Assembly (NCBI GenBank): GCA_963832745.1
Contig: CAWHVC010000002.1
Location: 160,001 to 224,000, forward strand
Direction: 5' to 3'
From: Candidatus Bathyarchaeota archaeon
GTDB lineage: Archaea > Thermoproteota > Bathyarchaeia > Bathyarchaeales > Bathycorpusculaceae
DNA: 64,000 nt
Shown piece after piece: positions 1-9,729 of the stretch. A program made the position numbers and the translations under genes. Every line of letters starts with the position of its first letter. Position 1 is the stretch's first letter. Under the pieces are notes generated by a model. The model ran no database searches, was not told where the DNA came from, and saw only the letters and a program-made list of their open reading frames with translations.

Positions 1-1
1 G

Positions 2-448
2 CGTAGAAGCACAAAAAATCGTAAATGGCTAGACCTTAACGATAGTGCAAAAAAGATAGTTAAGAGTAAACCTAAGACCCTGCGAATTGAAACCATTAAG
101 CCCACTAAAAGCGTTCGTTCTAGCCAAAGCTTAAGGGCCCCCAAAGGCTTTAGCAAGCGCAAATTTGTCGATCCCAAACCGTTAATTGACATTTTCCAAG
201 AAAACAATTGGATAACAATCGTTGCAGAAATCGCAGGCTTTAATAAGGAATCCTTCAAAATAAATGTGAAAGACCAGAAAATTACGCTGTCAGCAAAATC
301 AAAAGAACGCAGATACTATAAAAGTTTAAATCTGCCGAAGGTAGTCATTCCCAGCGATATCCACACCACTTTCAAGAACGGCGTACTGGAAATAAAATTA
401 AAGAAAGCAGAAAATCCACAACAAACAATAAACAAAGAAGCGGATTAG
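2..448 (+). CDS. Hsp20/alpha-crystallin family small heat-shock protein (5' partial)
   Basis: Frame is open from base 2: ...KPLIDIFQENNWITIVAEIAG...RYYKSLNLP...FKNGVLEIKLKK, typical archaeal Hsp20 motifs. The ORF-track start at 266 is internal. Confidence 0.85.
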   Translation, partial: RRSTKNRKWLDLNDSAKKIVKSKPKTLRIETIKPTKSVRSSQSLRAPKGFSKRKFVDPKPLIDIFQENNWITIVAEIAGFNKESFKINVKDQKITLSAKSKERRYYKSLNLPKVVIPSDIHTTFKNGVLEIKLKKAENPQQTINKEAD

Positions 449-451
449 AAT

Positions 452-865
452 ATGCCTCATAAACTTAGAAAAATACGTAAAACAAGAGGTTCAAGAACAC
501 AAGGTTACGGAAGAATCGGCCAACACCGCGACAGCGGTAGTAAAGGCCACCGAAAAGTCGGACGCCACAAACACCTTTGGAGCTTAATTGTAACTTCTGA
601 ACCCAACTACTTCGGAAAACACGGCTTCACATCTCCACAAAGCCTAAACAAAAAAGAAAGCACACTAAACCTCCAAAAACTAGCCGATATAGCAGAAACC
701 AACACAGTCAACTTAACCACCATGGGCTACACCAAACTGTTAGGCACCGGAAAAATAACAAAACCCCTGACTGTAACAGTGCCAACCTGCTCCAAATCAG
801 CACAAGAAAAAATCGTCCAAGCAGGCGGAAAAGTAATCACTATCTCCCAAGAGAACGGAGAGTAA
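452..865 (+). CDS. rpl15: 50S ribosomal protein uL15
   Basis: RKTRGSRTQGYGRIGQHR N-terminus, KLLGTGKI motif, directly upstream of secY. Confidence 0.97.
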   Translation: MPHKLRKIRKTRGSRTQGYGRIGQHRDSGSKGHRKVGRHKHLWSLIVTSEPNYFGKHGFTSPQSLNKKESTLNLQKLADIAETNTVNLTTMGYTKLLGTGKITKPLTVTVPTCSKSAQEKIVQAGGKVITISQENGE

Positions 866-874
866 GGCTAACAT

Positions 875-2311
875 ATGGCCGGAAGATTCCTCAGCCTATT
901 CAAACCAATAGGTAGAGTTCTGCCTGAAATAAAAAAACCCGAACGCAAAGTCTCATTTAACGAAAAAATCTTCTGGACCGCGCTTGTTTTAATCATTTTC
1001 CTAGTCATGACTGAAGTCCCCCTCTACGGGGTCAGCACAAATGCACAAGACCAGTTCGGTCAGTTGAGAGTTATCTTTGCTTCCAACCGCGGCACCTTAA
1101 TGGAGCTAGGTATCGGCCCCATCGTGACGGCTGGTTTAATTCTCCAATTACTTGTTGGTTCATCAATCATCAAATGCGACATGTCAAATCCTGAAGATAG
1201 AGGTCTCTTTACTTCAGCAAGCAAAGTTTTCTCTATCGTATTAACTGCTGTTCAAGCAGGCGCATACATCCTCAGCGGCATGTACGGTACAATTACTGGA
1301 CCCATAATGATTGCTATATTCTTCCAGTTACTAGTTGCAGGCATAATTGTGATGCTTCTCGACGAATTAGTCCAAAAAGGATGGGGTCTAGGCAGCGGTA
1401 TAAGCCTATTCATCATGGCAGGCGTTGCCCAAAATATATTCTGGTCAATGTTTGCTCCATCAAACGGTCTATTCGTGGGTGCATTAGACAATTTACTCAA
1501 AGGTAGCATAACTACGTTCGACTGGATTGTAGGCACCTCCAGCGGATACTTCCCATCCTTCATCGGCTTCATCGCAACCATCGTCACATTCATAGTAATC
1601 ATCTACATGCAAGGCGTCCGTATCGAACTCCCAATGACTTACGCAGGATACAAAGGCTTCCGCAGCAGATACCCAATCAAACTACTCTACGTCAGCAACT
1701 TGCCAGTCATCTTCGCCAGCGCACTCTTCGCAAACGTGTTCTTCTTCACACAGCTACTCTGGACACAATTCGGAAGACCAGCACCAGGAACAAACTTGTT
1801 CTTCCAAATCTTCGGTGACTATAACCAAACACTAACAACCCTTTCAGATGGAACCACTCAACAAAACGTTGTAAACGTCGGCGGCTTAGCACATTTCATG
1901 TCTCCACCAAACGGACTCATCAACGTTGGTGTAGACCCATTGCGTGCAGTAGGTTACCTTGGCATATTGGTGGCTTTCTGTGCCATCTTCTCGCTAATTT
2001 GGCTTGAAGTCGGCGGATTAGGCCCCAACAAAGTCGCACAGCAACTCATGGACAGCGGCATGCAGATTCCAGGCTACAGGCGAAGCGGAAGACCGATTGA
2101 GCAAATACTAAAACGCTACATTCCAGTTGTAACAGTGCTCGGCGGTATAATAGTCGGTTTAATAGCTGGCTTAGCAGACTTCCTTGGCGTTTACGGTTCA
2201 GGCACCGGTATCCTGCTGTCAGTAGGTATCATCTATCAGTACTATGAACTGTTGATGCGTGAACGCGCTGCAGAAATGTTCCCAGCGTTCAGAAGAATAC
2301 TGGGTGAATAA
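875..2311 (+). CDS. secY: Protein translocase subunit SecY
   Basis: GTLMELGIGPIVTA, GWGLGSGISLFI, YPIKLLYVSNLPVI, GSGTGILL motifs; about 10 TM segments. Confidence 0.99.
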   Translation: MAGRFLSLFKPIGRVLPEIKKPERKVSFNEKIFWTALVLIIFLVMTEVPLYGVSTNAQDQFGQLRVIFASNRGTLMELGIGPIVTAGLILQLLVGSSIIKCDMSNPEDRGLFTSASKVFSIVLTAVQAGAYILSGMYGTITGPIMIAIFFQLLVAGIIVMLLDELVQKGWGLGSGISLFIMAGVAQNIFWSMFAPSNGLFVGALDNLLKGSITTFDWIVGTSSGYFPSFIGFIATIVTFIVIIYMQGVRIELPMTYAGYKGFRSRYPIKLLYVSNLPVIFASALFANVFFFTQLLWTQFGRPAPGTNLFFQIFGDYNQTLTTLSDGTTQQNVVNVGGLAHFMSPPNGLINVGVDPLRAVGYLGILVAFCAIFSLIWLEVGGLGPNKVAQQLMDSGMQIPGYRRSGRPIEQILKRYIPVVTVLGGIIVGLIAGLADFLGVYGSGTGILLSVGIIYQYYELLMRERAAEMFPAFRRILGE

Positions 2312-2324
2312 GCACCAAAAAATA

Positions 2325-2358
2325 GGGCTTGAAAAAGCCTCTCTTTATTTTTTCTTTA
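2325..2358 (+). terminator. Short hairpin plus T-rich tract after secY
   Basis: gggctt-gaaa-aagcct followed by ctctttattttttcttt. Confidence 0.45.
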
Positions 2359-2408
2359 ATCTAAAATTTTAAAAATTTTTGAAGACATTGTAATTGCTAA
2401 TTAGCAAG

Positions 2409-3668
2409 TTATTTTTTGTCTTGCCCGTATTCGCCTGATTTTATTTTGTCTACAAGCAAACCAACAAACTCTATTGGCCACACGTCATCGCATACGTCGC
2501 TTGTTAGAATGTTTCTCTTGTTAAAGAAAGATATCAAATCATTTTTCAAGAGCAGAATAAGCATGAATTTGTGACCATAAGTTTGTTTAAACAGGGAATA
2601 CTTTGAAGACTGCTTAAGATTCATTTCATAATGCGGCTCAAGAACAATTTTTCTGCCGTTAACTTCTTTGTCCAAAATAAAATCCGGCGTATACTTGTCA
2701 CCAGGCAACGGAAACGTGATAGTTTCATAACCATACGGAATATGCATCCGCATCAGCATCCGCGCAGTTTCTTTTTCCCAACCACTTTTATAACGACTTA
2801 ACTTCTGATAATGAACTTGCGGTTGACCAGTGACTTTCTGGATTTGATCAAAAAACTGCAACGCTTCTTTTAAGGTACTGCGATTAAGATTTTTGCGTTT
2901 GAGCCACCTGCCCAAAAGGAAAAACGGGTAATCCGCTTTTGCTGGGTCACGGGGGAAAATCCGTTTAGCATACTCAGTGATTTTTAGTTGTGCTTTTAAG
3001 GCAGCAGTTTCGTCTTTCCATAAATACGGTGCAGTGGAATTTATTAAGCCCAAGCTTATTGCAACGCTTGCGTTTTCCCTTGTTAAGGGTACCATTAAAT
3101 CTTCGGGTGAAAAGTGCTTAAAGATTTCAAGGTCCGGTTCGGGACGCACCATCCATCGCATGTACGTCCAAGCTTTGTCTTTATGGATGCCTCTCATCCT
3201 TTCAATGCTTCTAGTTAATTCTTCAACAAAATCTTTAGGTTTAGCAAATCTTAGCGAGTAACGGATTAAGTCTCTTTCAGCTTTGAATTTGACAAAAATG
3301 TTTACTGCGGCTAACGTTTCAGGAATAGCTTCTTTACGTGGACCAAGATAATTGTAAAAACTGTACTTTACGATTTCTTCGCCGAAAAGGTGCGGTTTAG
3401 TTATCTCAAAAAGCCGGGGAGCTCCAAATTTTTCGTGCAAGTTAATAAGCAGGTTTCTAGCGTTTTCTGAAAAACCTACCATCTGATCATCAAGTATGGA
3501 TGCGGAAAGCAGGAAATAGTGTGCTGCATTCTTTTTTTCTTCATAATCTTTTGAGTAAGGGTTAAACAGTAATCGTGGGTTCATTCTTCTGTCCCACTGT
3601 ATATCGGCGACGTTAGTGTTGGTTCTTACAAACTTTGCCAGTAATGAATGCAAGTCATCGGTCGCCAT
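2409..3668 (-). CDS. DUF2400/TIGR02757-like (HhH-GPD superfamily) domain fused to a C-terminal T7 endonuclease I-like PD-(D/E)xK domain
   Basis: YMRWMVRPEPDLEIF..FSPEDLMVPL...FPRDPAKADYPFFLLG matches the DUF2400 pattern; YKSGWEKE...IPYGYE...YTPDFIL...IVLEPH resembles T7 endonuclease I. Confidence 0.7.
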   Translation of the reverse strand: MATDDLHSLLAKFVRTNTNVADIQWDRRMNPRLLFNPYSKDYEEKKNAAHYFLLSASILDDQMVGFSENARNLLINLHEKFGAPRLFEITKPHLFGEEIVKYSFYNYLGPRKEAIPETLAAVNIFVKFKAERDLIRYSLRFAKPKDFVEELTRSIERMRGIHKDKAWTYMRWMVRPEPDLEIFKHFSPEDLMVPLTRENASVAISLGLINSTAPYLWKDETAALKAQLKITEYAKRIFPRDPAKADYPFFLLGRWLKRKNLNRSTLKEALQFFDQIQKVTGQPQVHYQKLSRYKSGWEKETARMLMRMHIPYGYETITFPLPGDKYTPDFILDKEVNGRKIVLEPHYEMNLKQSSKYSLFKQTYGHKFMLILLLKNDLISFFNKRNILTSDVCDDVWPIEFVGLLVDKIKSGEYGQDKK

Positions 3669-3893
3669 TCTAATATTTTGCCTCTCTATCTATTCTATAG
3701 TTAATCTTTTAATAATTACCTGTCAACTAATTCAATATTGCCTGACTAAAATGGCGTTTTCATACCAGACATCTTACCTTTTTACAGCATGCGATTTTCA
3801 AACGGAACAGACTCTATATGTTGAACGAAAAATCAGTAAAAACGGTTATAAACAAGGAAGAAGGATACGCATACACAATAAGTACTTAAGTGA

Positions 3894-4373
3894 ATGAGAA
3901 TGTCGGCGACAGAGTTATCTTGGATCGCAACTGCACCCGTTGCAACAGTAATTATCATGGCTATTGCGCTTGTAATTGCAATCGTTAACACATCAATCAA
4001 CAGAGCACTTATCAGCTACTTTGTTGGTTGGGATAAATATCGTACAATGCAAAAAGAAATGGCTGAATACCGCAAAGAAAGCATGGCTGCCGCTCGTTCG
4101 AACGACAAAAAGCAAATGGAAAAACTCAAGAAAAGGCAGTCACAAATTACCGCTATGCAGGCTCAAATGGCCAAACCCCAAATGGTGCAGCTAGGCATAT
4201 CTTTCATTTATATTGTGGTATGGTGGTTCGTCTTAATTCCCCTTTTCGGGAGTGCTCCAGTAGCTATTGTGCCTGGTTTTGGGCCAATCTCAGTGATTTA
4301 TTGGTATCCCATCACATCCTTCTTCCTTGGGTTACTAATGCAACGCCTCTTGGGCACAATGCCTTTGGAATAA
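3894..4373 (+). CDS. DUF106/EMC3-TMCO1 family membrane insertase (Oxa1 superfamily)
   Basis: TM, coiled coil, TM layout with WY motif; conserved position between secY and cmk. Confidence 0.88.
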   Translation: MRMSATELSWIATAPVATVIIMAIALVIAIVNTSINRALISYFVGWDKYRTMQKEMAEYRKESMAAARSNDKKQMEKLKKRQSQITAMQAQMAKPQMVQLGISFIYIVVWWFVLIPLFGSAPVAIVPGFGPISVIYWYPITSFFLGLLMQRLLGTMPLE

Positions 4374-4387
4374 GCTGAGGTAACGTC

Positions 4388-5002
4388 ATGTCCACAAATA
4401 ACAACCTCCAATGCGTTACTCGCAAACCTCTCATTCTTTGCATTTCTGGAATGGCTGGAACCGGTAAAAGCACACTCTCTAAAAAAATTGCGAAGAGATA
4501 TAACCTCAAATGTTACTCTGGCGGTGATGCTCTTAAGGAATTAGCCAAAGAGGCCGGTTACGAGATTACTGGTGACGGCTGGTGGGAAAGTCCCGATGGT
4601 TTAAGTTTCTTGGAGAAACGGGTCAAAAACTCACAGTTTGATAGGGAAGTGGACACCAAACTGCTTGGTTATGCAAAACTGGGTGATGTTCTGCTTGATA
4701 GTTGGACTATGCCTTGGCTGCTAAAGGACGGATTTAAAATCTGGTTAATGGCGTCTTTAGATAAGCGTGCGGCAAGAGTGGCTGAACGGGACAAAATGAC
4801 TGTTGAGCAAGCTTTCGCTGTTCTGAAGGAGAAGGAAGCTCAAACTAAAGCGATATACAAAAATCTTTATGGATTCAATTTAGGCGACGATTTTACCCCA
4901 TTTAATTTTATTCTGGATACTGATAACTTGAACGCTGATCAAGTTTTTGAAGTTCTTTGTAAAGTGATTGACAATATAGTTTGTGCTTGTCAATCAACAT
5001 AA
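4388..5002 (+). CDS. cmk: Cytidylate kinase, archaeal type
   Basis: ISGMAGTGKST P-loop, SGG, DREVD, RAARVAERD motifs; synteny. Confidence 0.92.
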   Translation: MSTNNNLQCVTRKPLILCISGMAGTGKSTLSKKIAKRYNLKCYSGGDALKELAKEAGYEITGDGWWESPDGLSFLEKRVKNSQFDREVDTKLLGYAKLGDVLLDSWTMPWLLKDGFKIWLMASLDKRAARVAERDKMTVEQAFAVLKEKEAQTKAIYKNLYGFNLGDDFTPFNFILDTDNLNADQVFEVLCKVIDNIVCACQST

Positions 5003-5115
5003 AACAAAAAAATCTGTAATCTGCTAATAAAAACCTTTTTAAAAATTTAAAAGTTCAGCACTTGCATTATCTTTTCACCTCAAGCTTCATACCTTAATGG
5101 GAGAAGGCAGGAACA

Positions 5116-5313
5116 ATGACGATTCATGAGGCATTAATCGCGATTTTAATAGCAATCGCTATTATACTATGCTTAATATTATCCTACAAGCTGATCAATA
5201 TCGAATCAACCCTGACAATACTGATCTTTAACCTATTTTTCATTTCACTAATTTTCCAGCTAAAAGGTACAGTTTTGTGGGCAACTTTGCCCAAATTTTT
5301 AAGGTTGGCATAG
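5116..5313 (+). CDS. Small hydrophobic membrane protein, possibly truncated
   Basis: 65 aa, two hydrophobic segments, purine-rich RBS-like sequence upstream. Confidence 0.45.
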   Translation: MTIHEALIAILIAIAIILCLILSYKLINIESTLTILIFNLFFISLIFQLKGTVLWATLPKFLRLA

Positions 5314-5528
5314 GCTCATACTTAGACGGAAGAAAACGTCTCCATTGATTGGCGACTCTTTTAATTTTTGCTTTCTTTTATAATATGCTAATTTGTACAA
5401 AAGCCCTTATTGACTTAGTAATTGGAAGCTGAGACGGCAAAATTGTCGCTGGGCGAAAACTGAGCATTCAGGGAAAGGAAAATTTTATATTTAAAACGTC
5501 AGATAGCAATCAGCCAAGGGAAAGGAAT

Positions 5529-5756
5529 ATGGAAACATTTTTTGTATTCCTTGGATTCACAATGATTATTGTACTTGTACTTTTTTTACCAGTATTAATT
5601 GAACTTAAGAAACCAAAAGATATTGCACCGCGGAAAATAGTTGATTTCAAAACGGTCCTGTTATTGCAGACTAAAAAAGAAGTGGCGCCCAATAATCAGC
5701 CTTTAAATGGCACTTTGGCTGCCGCGGTTGAATCTTTAACTAACTTGGAAGTTTAA
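5529..5756 (+). CDS. Small single-TM hypothetical protein
   Basis: N-terminal TM then LPVLIELKKPKD; AT-rich TATA-like box upstream. Confidence 0.55.
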   Translation: METFFVFLGFTMIIVLVLFLPVLIELKKPKDIAPRKIVDFKTVLLLQTKKEVAPNNQPLNGTLAAAVESLTNLEV

Positions 5757-6793
5757 CTCTTCTTTAGCAGCAGGGAAGCGTTTTTCCATTGTTCCATAGC
5801 TAATGAAATGTGGCCCGAAGGTGACCCATAAATTGAATAAAACACGTAACAAAGATACGTGCATTGAGTGCAAGTCCTGTACTGCTCACGTAAATCATTG
5901 AATTTTTCACTCTTCCAGTTTTTAGGCAAATCGAAAATTGAGCCTGCAAAAGTGTGATTGTGGCAACCCGCAACTCTGCCCAGATGGTCCACGACTAGAA
6001 AGCTTTGAAGCGCTTTGCAATTCCAAGTTCTTTTTTCTTCAGCGTAGAGGCTTCTTAACGTTTTTAGAAGTTTGTCTGTCATTAAGATTCTTTTGTTGGT
6101 TTTCTTCATTTCTTTTAAAGTGTCGCAGAGTTTAACCATGGCTTCTTTATCGGTTATTATGAATTCGTCATTAGGTTTGCCGATGCGGAACAGTTGGTCA
6201 GGATCATCTGTCATGTCGTATGAGTAAAGGCAATACCAAACAGGGATACCCTTGCTCGTGAAGTAATTAGTGATATCCACGATTTCGTAAAGATTCATTT
6301 GAGAAATCGTTGGAGTAACGCTAACTTTTATTCCCTCTTTCTGCAGGGTTTCAACTGTTTTCATGGCGTTTTTCCATGCACCAGGCACATTTTTTATGTA
6401 ATCCTGTTTTTTCTCATCAAGGCTATCAATAGATAAAGCGACAAAATCAACTTTTCTTAAGAGATCAATTTTTTTTGCCGCCATGCTACCGTTATCATAT
6501 ACTGTAGTTACAAACCGTTGGGTAGCATAATCAATAATTTCTCCAATGTCCTCTCTTAGCAGTGGATCGCCGCCGGACAGAACAAGCTCAACTATGCCCG
6601 CGTCTTTCAGAATGTCCATGCCTTTTTTAATTTCTTCAGTTGAGAGTTCGTTTTTGTCTTGTTCTTTCCATACATTGCAGCCTAAGCATTTGTAATTACA
6701 TTTTCTTGTAATAAGCCATTGTGCATGGTGTGGTTTGCCGTGAACAAGTGAACGTGCTGCTACGTTTGCTGCCTTTTTTACTCCCATAACCAA
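5753..6793 (-). CDS. Radical SAM protein with C-terminal SPASM/twitch-type Cys motif
   Basis: CNYKCLGC, SGGDPLLR, C-terminal C..GC..CTQCTYLC. Confidence 0.92.
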   Translation of the reverse strand: MVMGVKKAANVAARSLVHGKPHHAQWLITRKCNYKCLGCNVWKEQDKNELSTEEIKKGMDILKDAGIVELVLSGGDPLLREDIGEIIDYATQRFVTTVYDNGSMAAKKIDLLRKVDFVALSIDSLDEKKQDYIKNVPGAWKNAMKTVETLQKEGIKVSVTPTISQMNLYEIVDITNYFTSKGIPVWYCLYSYDMTDDPDQLFRIGKPNDEFIITDKEAMVKLCDTLKEMKKTNKRILMTDKLLKTLRSLYAEEKRTWNCKALQSFLVVDHLGRVAGCHNHTFAGSIFDLPKNWKSEKFNDLREQYRTCTQCTYLCYVFYSIYGSPSGHISLAMEQWKNASLLLKKS

Positions 6794-6978
6794 ATAGGGT
6801 CACTAGCCGCTTAAATTTGATATTAACACTTAATCAAATCTGGACTATAAAAACCATTATTAAAGTTCACCTGTTTGCTGTATCTGAATCTCTTCTTTAG
6901 GTGCTCCAACTAAGGCTTTATTCGGCTAAGCCTTATAGGCACAAATGTAAGTGTAAACTGAACGGAAGCTGGGTTCAA

Positions 6979-7710
6979 ATGGTGGATTCGATTGATGTTG
7001 TTCTGCTGACAAAGAACAGTGAGCGGGCGTTAGTCAAGTGTCTAGACTCACTTTACCAGAACGTTCCAGTCCACCAACTGATTGTAGTTGACGGGTACTC
7101 TACCGATGGCACTCTTTCAATAATAGAAACTTATAGCCAGAAACATTACAACGTAAAAGTAATTTTTGATAAAGGTACTCGCGCTTCAGCCCGACAAAAA
7201 GGAATCATGGCCGTGCAAACTGAATGGTTCATGTTCATAGACAGTGACGTCGTTTTATGCCGTGATTGGTTCCAAAAAACCATCAAAAACATTGACGCAG
7301 ATGTTGGGGCAGTTTGGGGGACTGAAGTCTGGTCTACCTTGAAAAACCCCAAAATGCTAAAACTATTCTTGGTTGTTACCCGCAAAATTTTCGAAGTACG
7401 CGGTGGCACACATGACACTTTAATTCGCTCTTCACTTGTTAAAGACATCCAAATACCCGCTGAGCTTCATGTTTTTGAAGATGCATACATAAAAGACCAT
7501 ATAACCCGTAAAGGCTACAAGGTAGTGGCTTGTTATGACCCTTTCTGTATTCATTTTAGACCTGATTCTGTTTGGACTTTAAAAGGCAGTTTAGGTTTAG
7601 TTGCTGAGGCACTACGGTTGGGTAGTCCCCATTTGATTTCGAAGCTGCTTTTGGCTTACGGCTTCTACACTGGCTACTCAGTTTATCAATTTTTTGCAAA
7701 CAACAAATAA
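6979..7710 (+). CDS. Glycosyltransferase family 2
   Basis: VVDGYSTDGT, FIDSD (DxD), FED motif; ATG at 6979 preferred over 6901. Confidence 0.9.
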   Translation: MVDSIDVVLLTKNSERALVKCLDSLYQNVPVHQLIVVDGYSTDGTLSIIETYSQKHYNVKVIFDKGTRASARQKGIMAVQTEWFMFIDSDVVLCRDWFQKTIKNIDADVGAVWGTEVWSTLKNPKMLKLFLVVTRKIFEVRGGTHDTLIRSSLVKDIQIPAELHVFEDAYIKDHITRKGYKVVACYDPFCIHFRPDSVWTLKGSLGLVAEALRLGSPHLISKLLLAYGFYTGYSVYQFFANNK

Positions 7711-7766
7711 AACAGTTGGGAAATAGCTTATTATTTTAATGCCCCTCTATATGCAAGCAATTCGGC

Positions 7767-8543
7767 GTGTTAAATTTGAGTAACTCTCTGGCGCAAATTG
7801 ATGTGGTGCTGCTTACCAAAAACAGCGAGTACCTTCTTGCAAAATGCTTGACCTCGATCTACCAAAACGTGCCAGTTCACAGGCTACTTGTGGTTGATGC
7901 TTACTCCACTGACCGAACTATTGAAATTCTAAAAAAATTCAACCAAAAACACCGCAACATAATAATCGTAAAAACCAATGGCACTCGTGCTCAAGCACGC
8001 GAAACAGGTATTAAACATGTCATCACCGACTTCTTCGCTTTCATAGATAGCGACGTTATACTGTGTAGGGATTGGTTCAAAAAAGCCTTCGCTGAAATGA
8101 AGGATGGTGTCGGTGCCGTGTGGGGTGTAAACATTGATGTAATCCCAAACGTTAAACAAAAATGGTTCTTGCTGTTGGAAAGCATGATTGCACGCCAAGG
8201 CTTCCGTTTACGAGGCGGAACACATGACACGCTTATCCGAAAAAGCGCTTTGGAGGGGTTACATATTCCTGAGGAACTTCATGCTTTTGAGGATGCTTAT
8301 CTTATTCGTTGGGTCGAAAAAAGAGGGTATAAAGCGCTTGTTGGCAGCAGCATCTATTGTTTGCATTATAAGCCGCCGACAAACTGGAGTCCCCAAAACG
8401 CCGTAGACCAAGCAATTGTCGAATTCAAATGTGGCATGCTTCACTCCCACCTTTATTCTTATGCCCTGTTCTATCCAGTGTTCATGTTTTACTGGTTTTT
8501 GCAAGTGCCGCTTAGCGGTTTTGGCGGTCAACTAAAAAAATAG
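7767..8543 (+). CDS. Glycosyltransferase family 2, tandem paralog
   Basis: VVDAYSTDRT, FIDSD, RGGTHDTLIR shared with the upstream GT2. Confidence 0.9.
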   Translation: MLNLSNSLAQIDVVLLTKNSEYLLAKCLTSIYQNVPVHRLLVVDAYSTDRTIEILKKFNQKHRNIIIVKTNGTRAQARETGIKHVITDFFAFIDSDVILCRDWFKKAFAEMKDGVGAVWGVNIDVIPNVKQKWFLLLESMIARQGFRLRGGTHDTLIRKSALEGLHIPEELHAFEDAYLIRWVEKRGYKALVGSSIYCLHYKPPTNWSPQNAVDQAIVEFKCGMLHSHLYSYALFYPVFMFYWFLQVPLSGFGGQLKK

Positions 8544-8575
8544 TTTGCCAGCAGTTAGACGCTTTAAAAAGTAAA

Positions 8576-8632
8576 CCAACCTATTAGAATCCAAATAGCA
8601 GTTCTATGCAGAAACCTATAGGGGGTAGAGTA
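8576..8632 (-). repeat. Dispersed ~55-bp intergenic repeat, copy 1
   Basis: Reverse complement tactctaccccctataggtttctgcatagaactgctatttggattctaataggttgg aligns with the copies at 14705, 15392 and 39130. Confidence 0.85.
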
Positions 8633-8707
8633 CTATTGATGAAGAAAGCAGCCAAAAGCATGTCAAAATCGGTGTTTCTTTTAAGAGAGGTATTGAGAAT
8701 TGCAGGT

Positions 8708-9715
8708 TTACCGTGATAAGGCAGTCCAAAGTTGGTCGGTTACGGGTCTTGGCAGCGTCTGAGGGACGCCCGTCCTTGTTTCAAGGACACGTTTTTCTGG
8801 GTTGCTGTTGAATTCGCCTATGACTGCCGCGTAGATGCCCTGCTCTTTTAAGGCTGAAATGATTTTTTGGGTTGAGTCTGCTTCAGCTGCAATCAGTAAT
8901 GCGCCTGAACTTATGAGTTGCAAAGGATCAATGTCAAAGTGCCGACAGATTTCGGCTGTTTCAGGTTCTACAACAATTTTTGCTTCAAAAATCCTTATAC
9001 CTAAGCCTGCTGCGTCTGCCATTTCGTGCGCTCCGTTAAGGATGCCGCCTTCCGTTGGGTCATGCATCGCGTGCACTCCGCCTGCTCGGTAAGCTGTTAA
9101 GGCGTCTTTGACTACGCTGATTTGATTGTAAAATTCCTTAGCGCTCGCCAGAAACTGCTGGCTAAACACTTTTAACAGCTTTGCTTCTCGGTCTGTGGCT
9201 AAAATAGCAGTGCCTTCAATCCCAGCGCTCTTGGTTAAAATGAGTTTGTCGCCTGCTTTTGCGCCCGCCGCGGTTACGTATTTGCCTTTTTCGGTTAAAC
9301 CCATAATGCAGCAAACCACGATTGGGTTGGTTAAGCCGGGAGTGGATTCACAGTGTCCACCCACAATTGCGATGCCCAACTCTTTGGCTGCCTCTCCCAT
9401 TTGAGTGCTTATGGTTTCAACTATTTTGCTGTCAGAACCTTCAGGCAACATAATGCATGAAAAAATGAATGACGGCTCTACACCGAAAGTTGCCACGTCA
9501 TTAGCGTTAACGTTTACGGCTTCTTGACCGATACGTTCTACTGCACCTGTAATAGGGTCCATGGAGACGATGGCTGATTTGCCGCCGATTTCAAGTACTG
9601 CTCCATCAACACCTGTCCTAGGGCCAAGGATGACTTCTTTGCGGTCTGCCCCCAAATTTTTGAAAACTATGCTTTGCAGGATGTCTATTGGTATTTTTCC
9701 GGGCGGTAGCTTCAT
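8708..9715 (-). CDS. AIR synthase-related (PurM/HypE/ThiL-like) protein
   Basis: GVDGAV, SMDPITG, NANDVAT, IVGGHCE, MHDPTEGGI, ISSGALL motifs. Confidence 0.88.
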   Translation of the reverse strand: MKLPPGKIPIDILQSIVFKNLGADRKEVILGPRTGVDGAVLEIGGKSAIVSMDPITGAVERIGQEAVNVNANDVATFGVEPSFIFSCIMLPEGSDSKIVETISTQMGEAAKELGIAIVGGHCESTPGLTNPIVVCCIMGLTEKGKYVTAAGAKAGDKLILTKSAGIEGTAILATDREAKLLKVFSQQFLASAKEFYNQISVVKDALTAYRAGGVHAMHDPTEGGILNGAHEMADAAGLGIRIFEAKIVVEPETAEICRHFDIDPLQLISSGALLIAAEADSTQKIISALKEQGIYAAVIGEFNSNPEKRVLETRTGVPQTLPRPVTDQLWTALSR

Positions 9716-9729
9716 GCTTGTATCATCTG

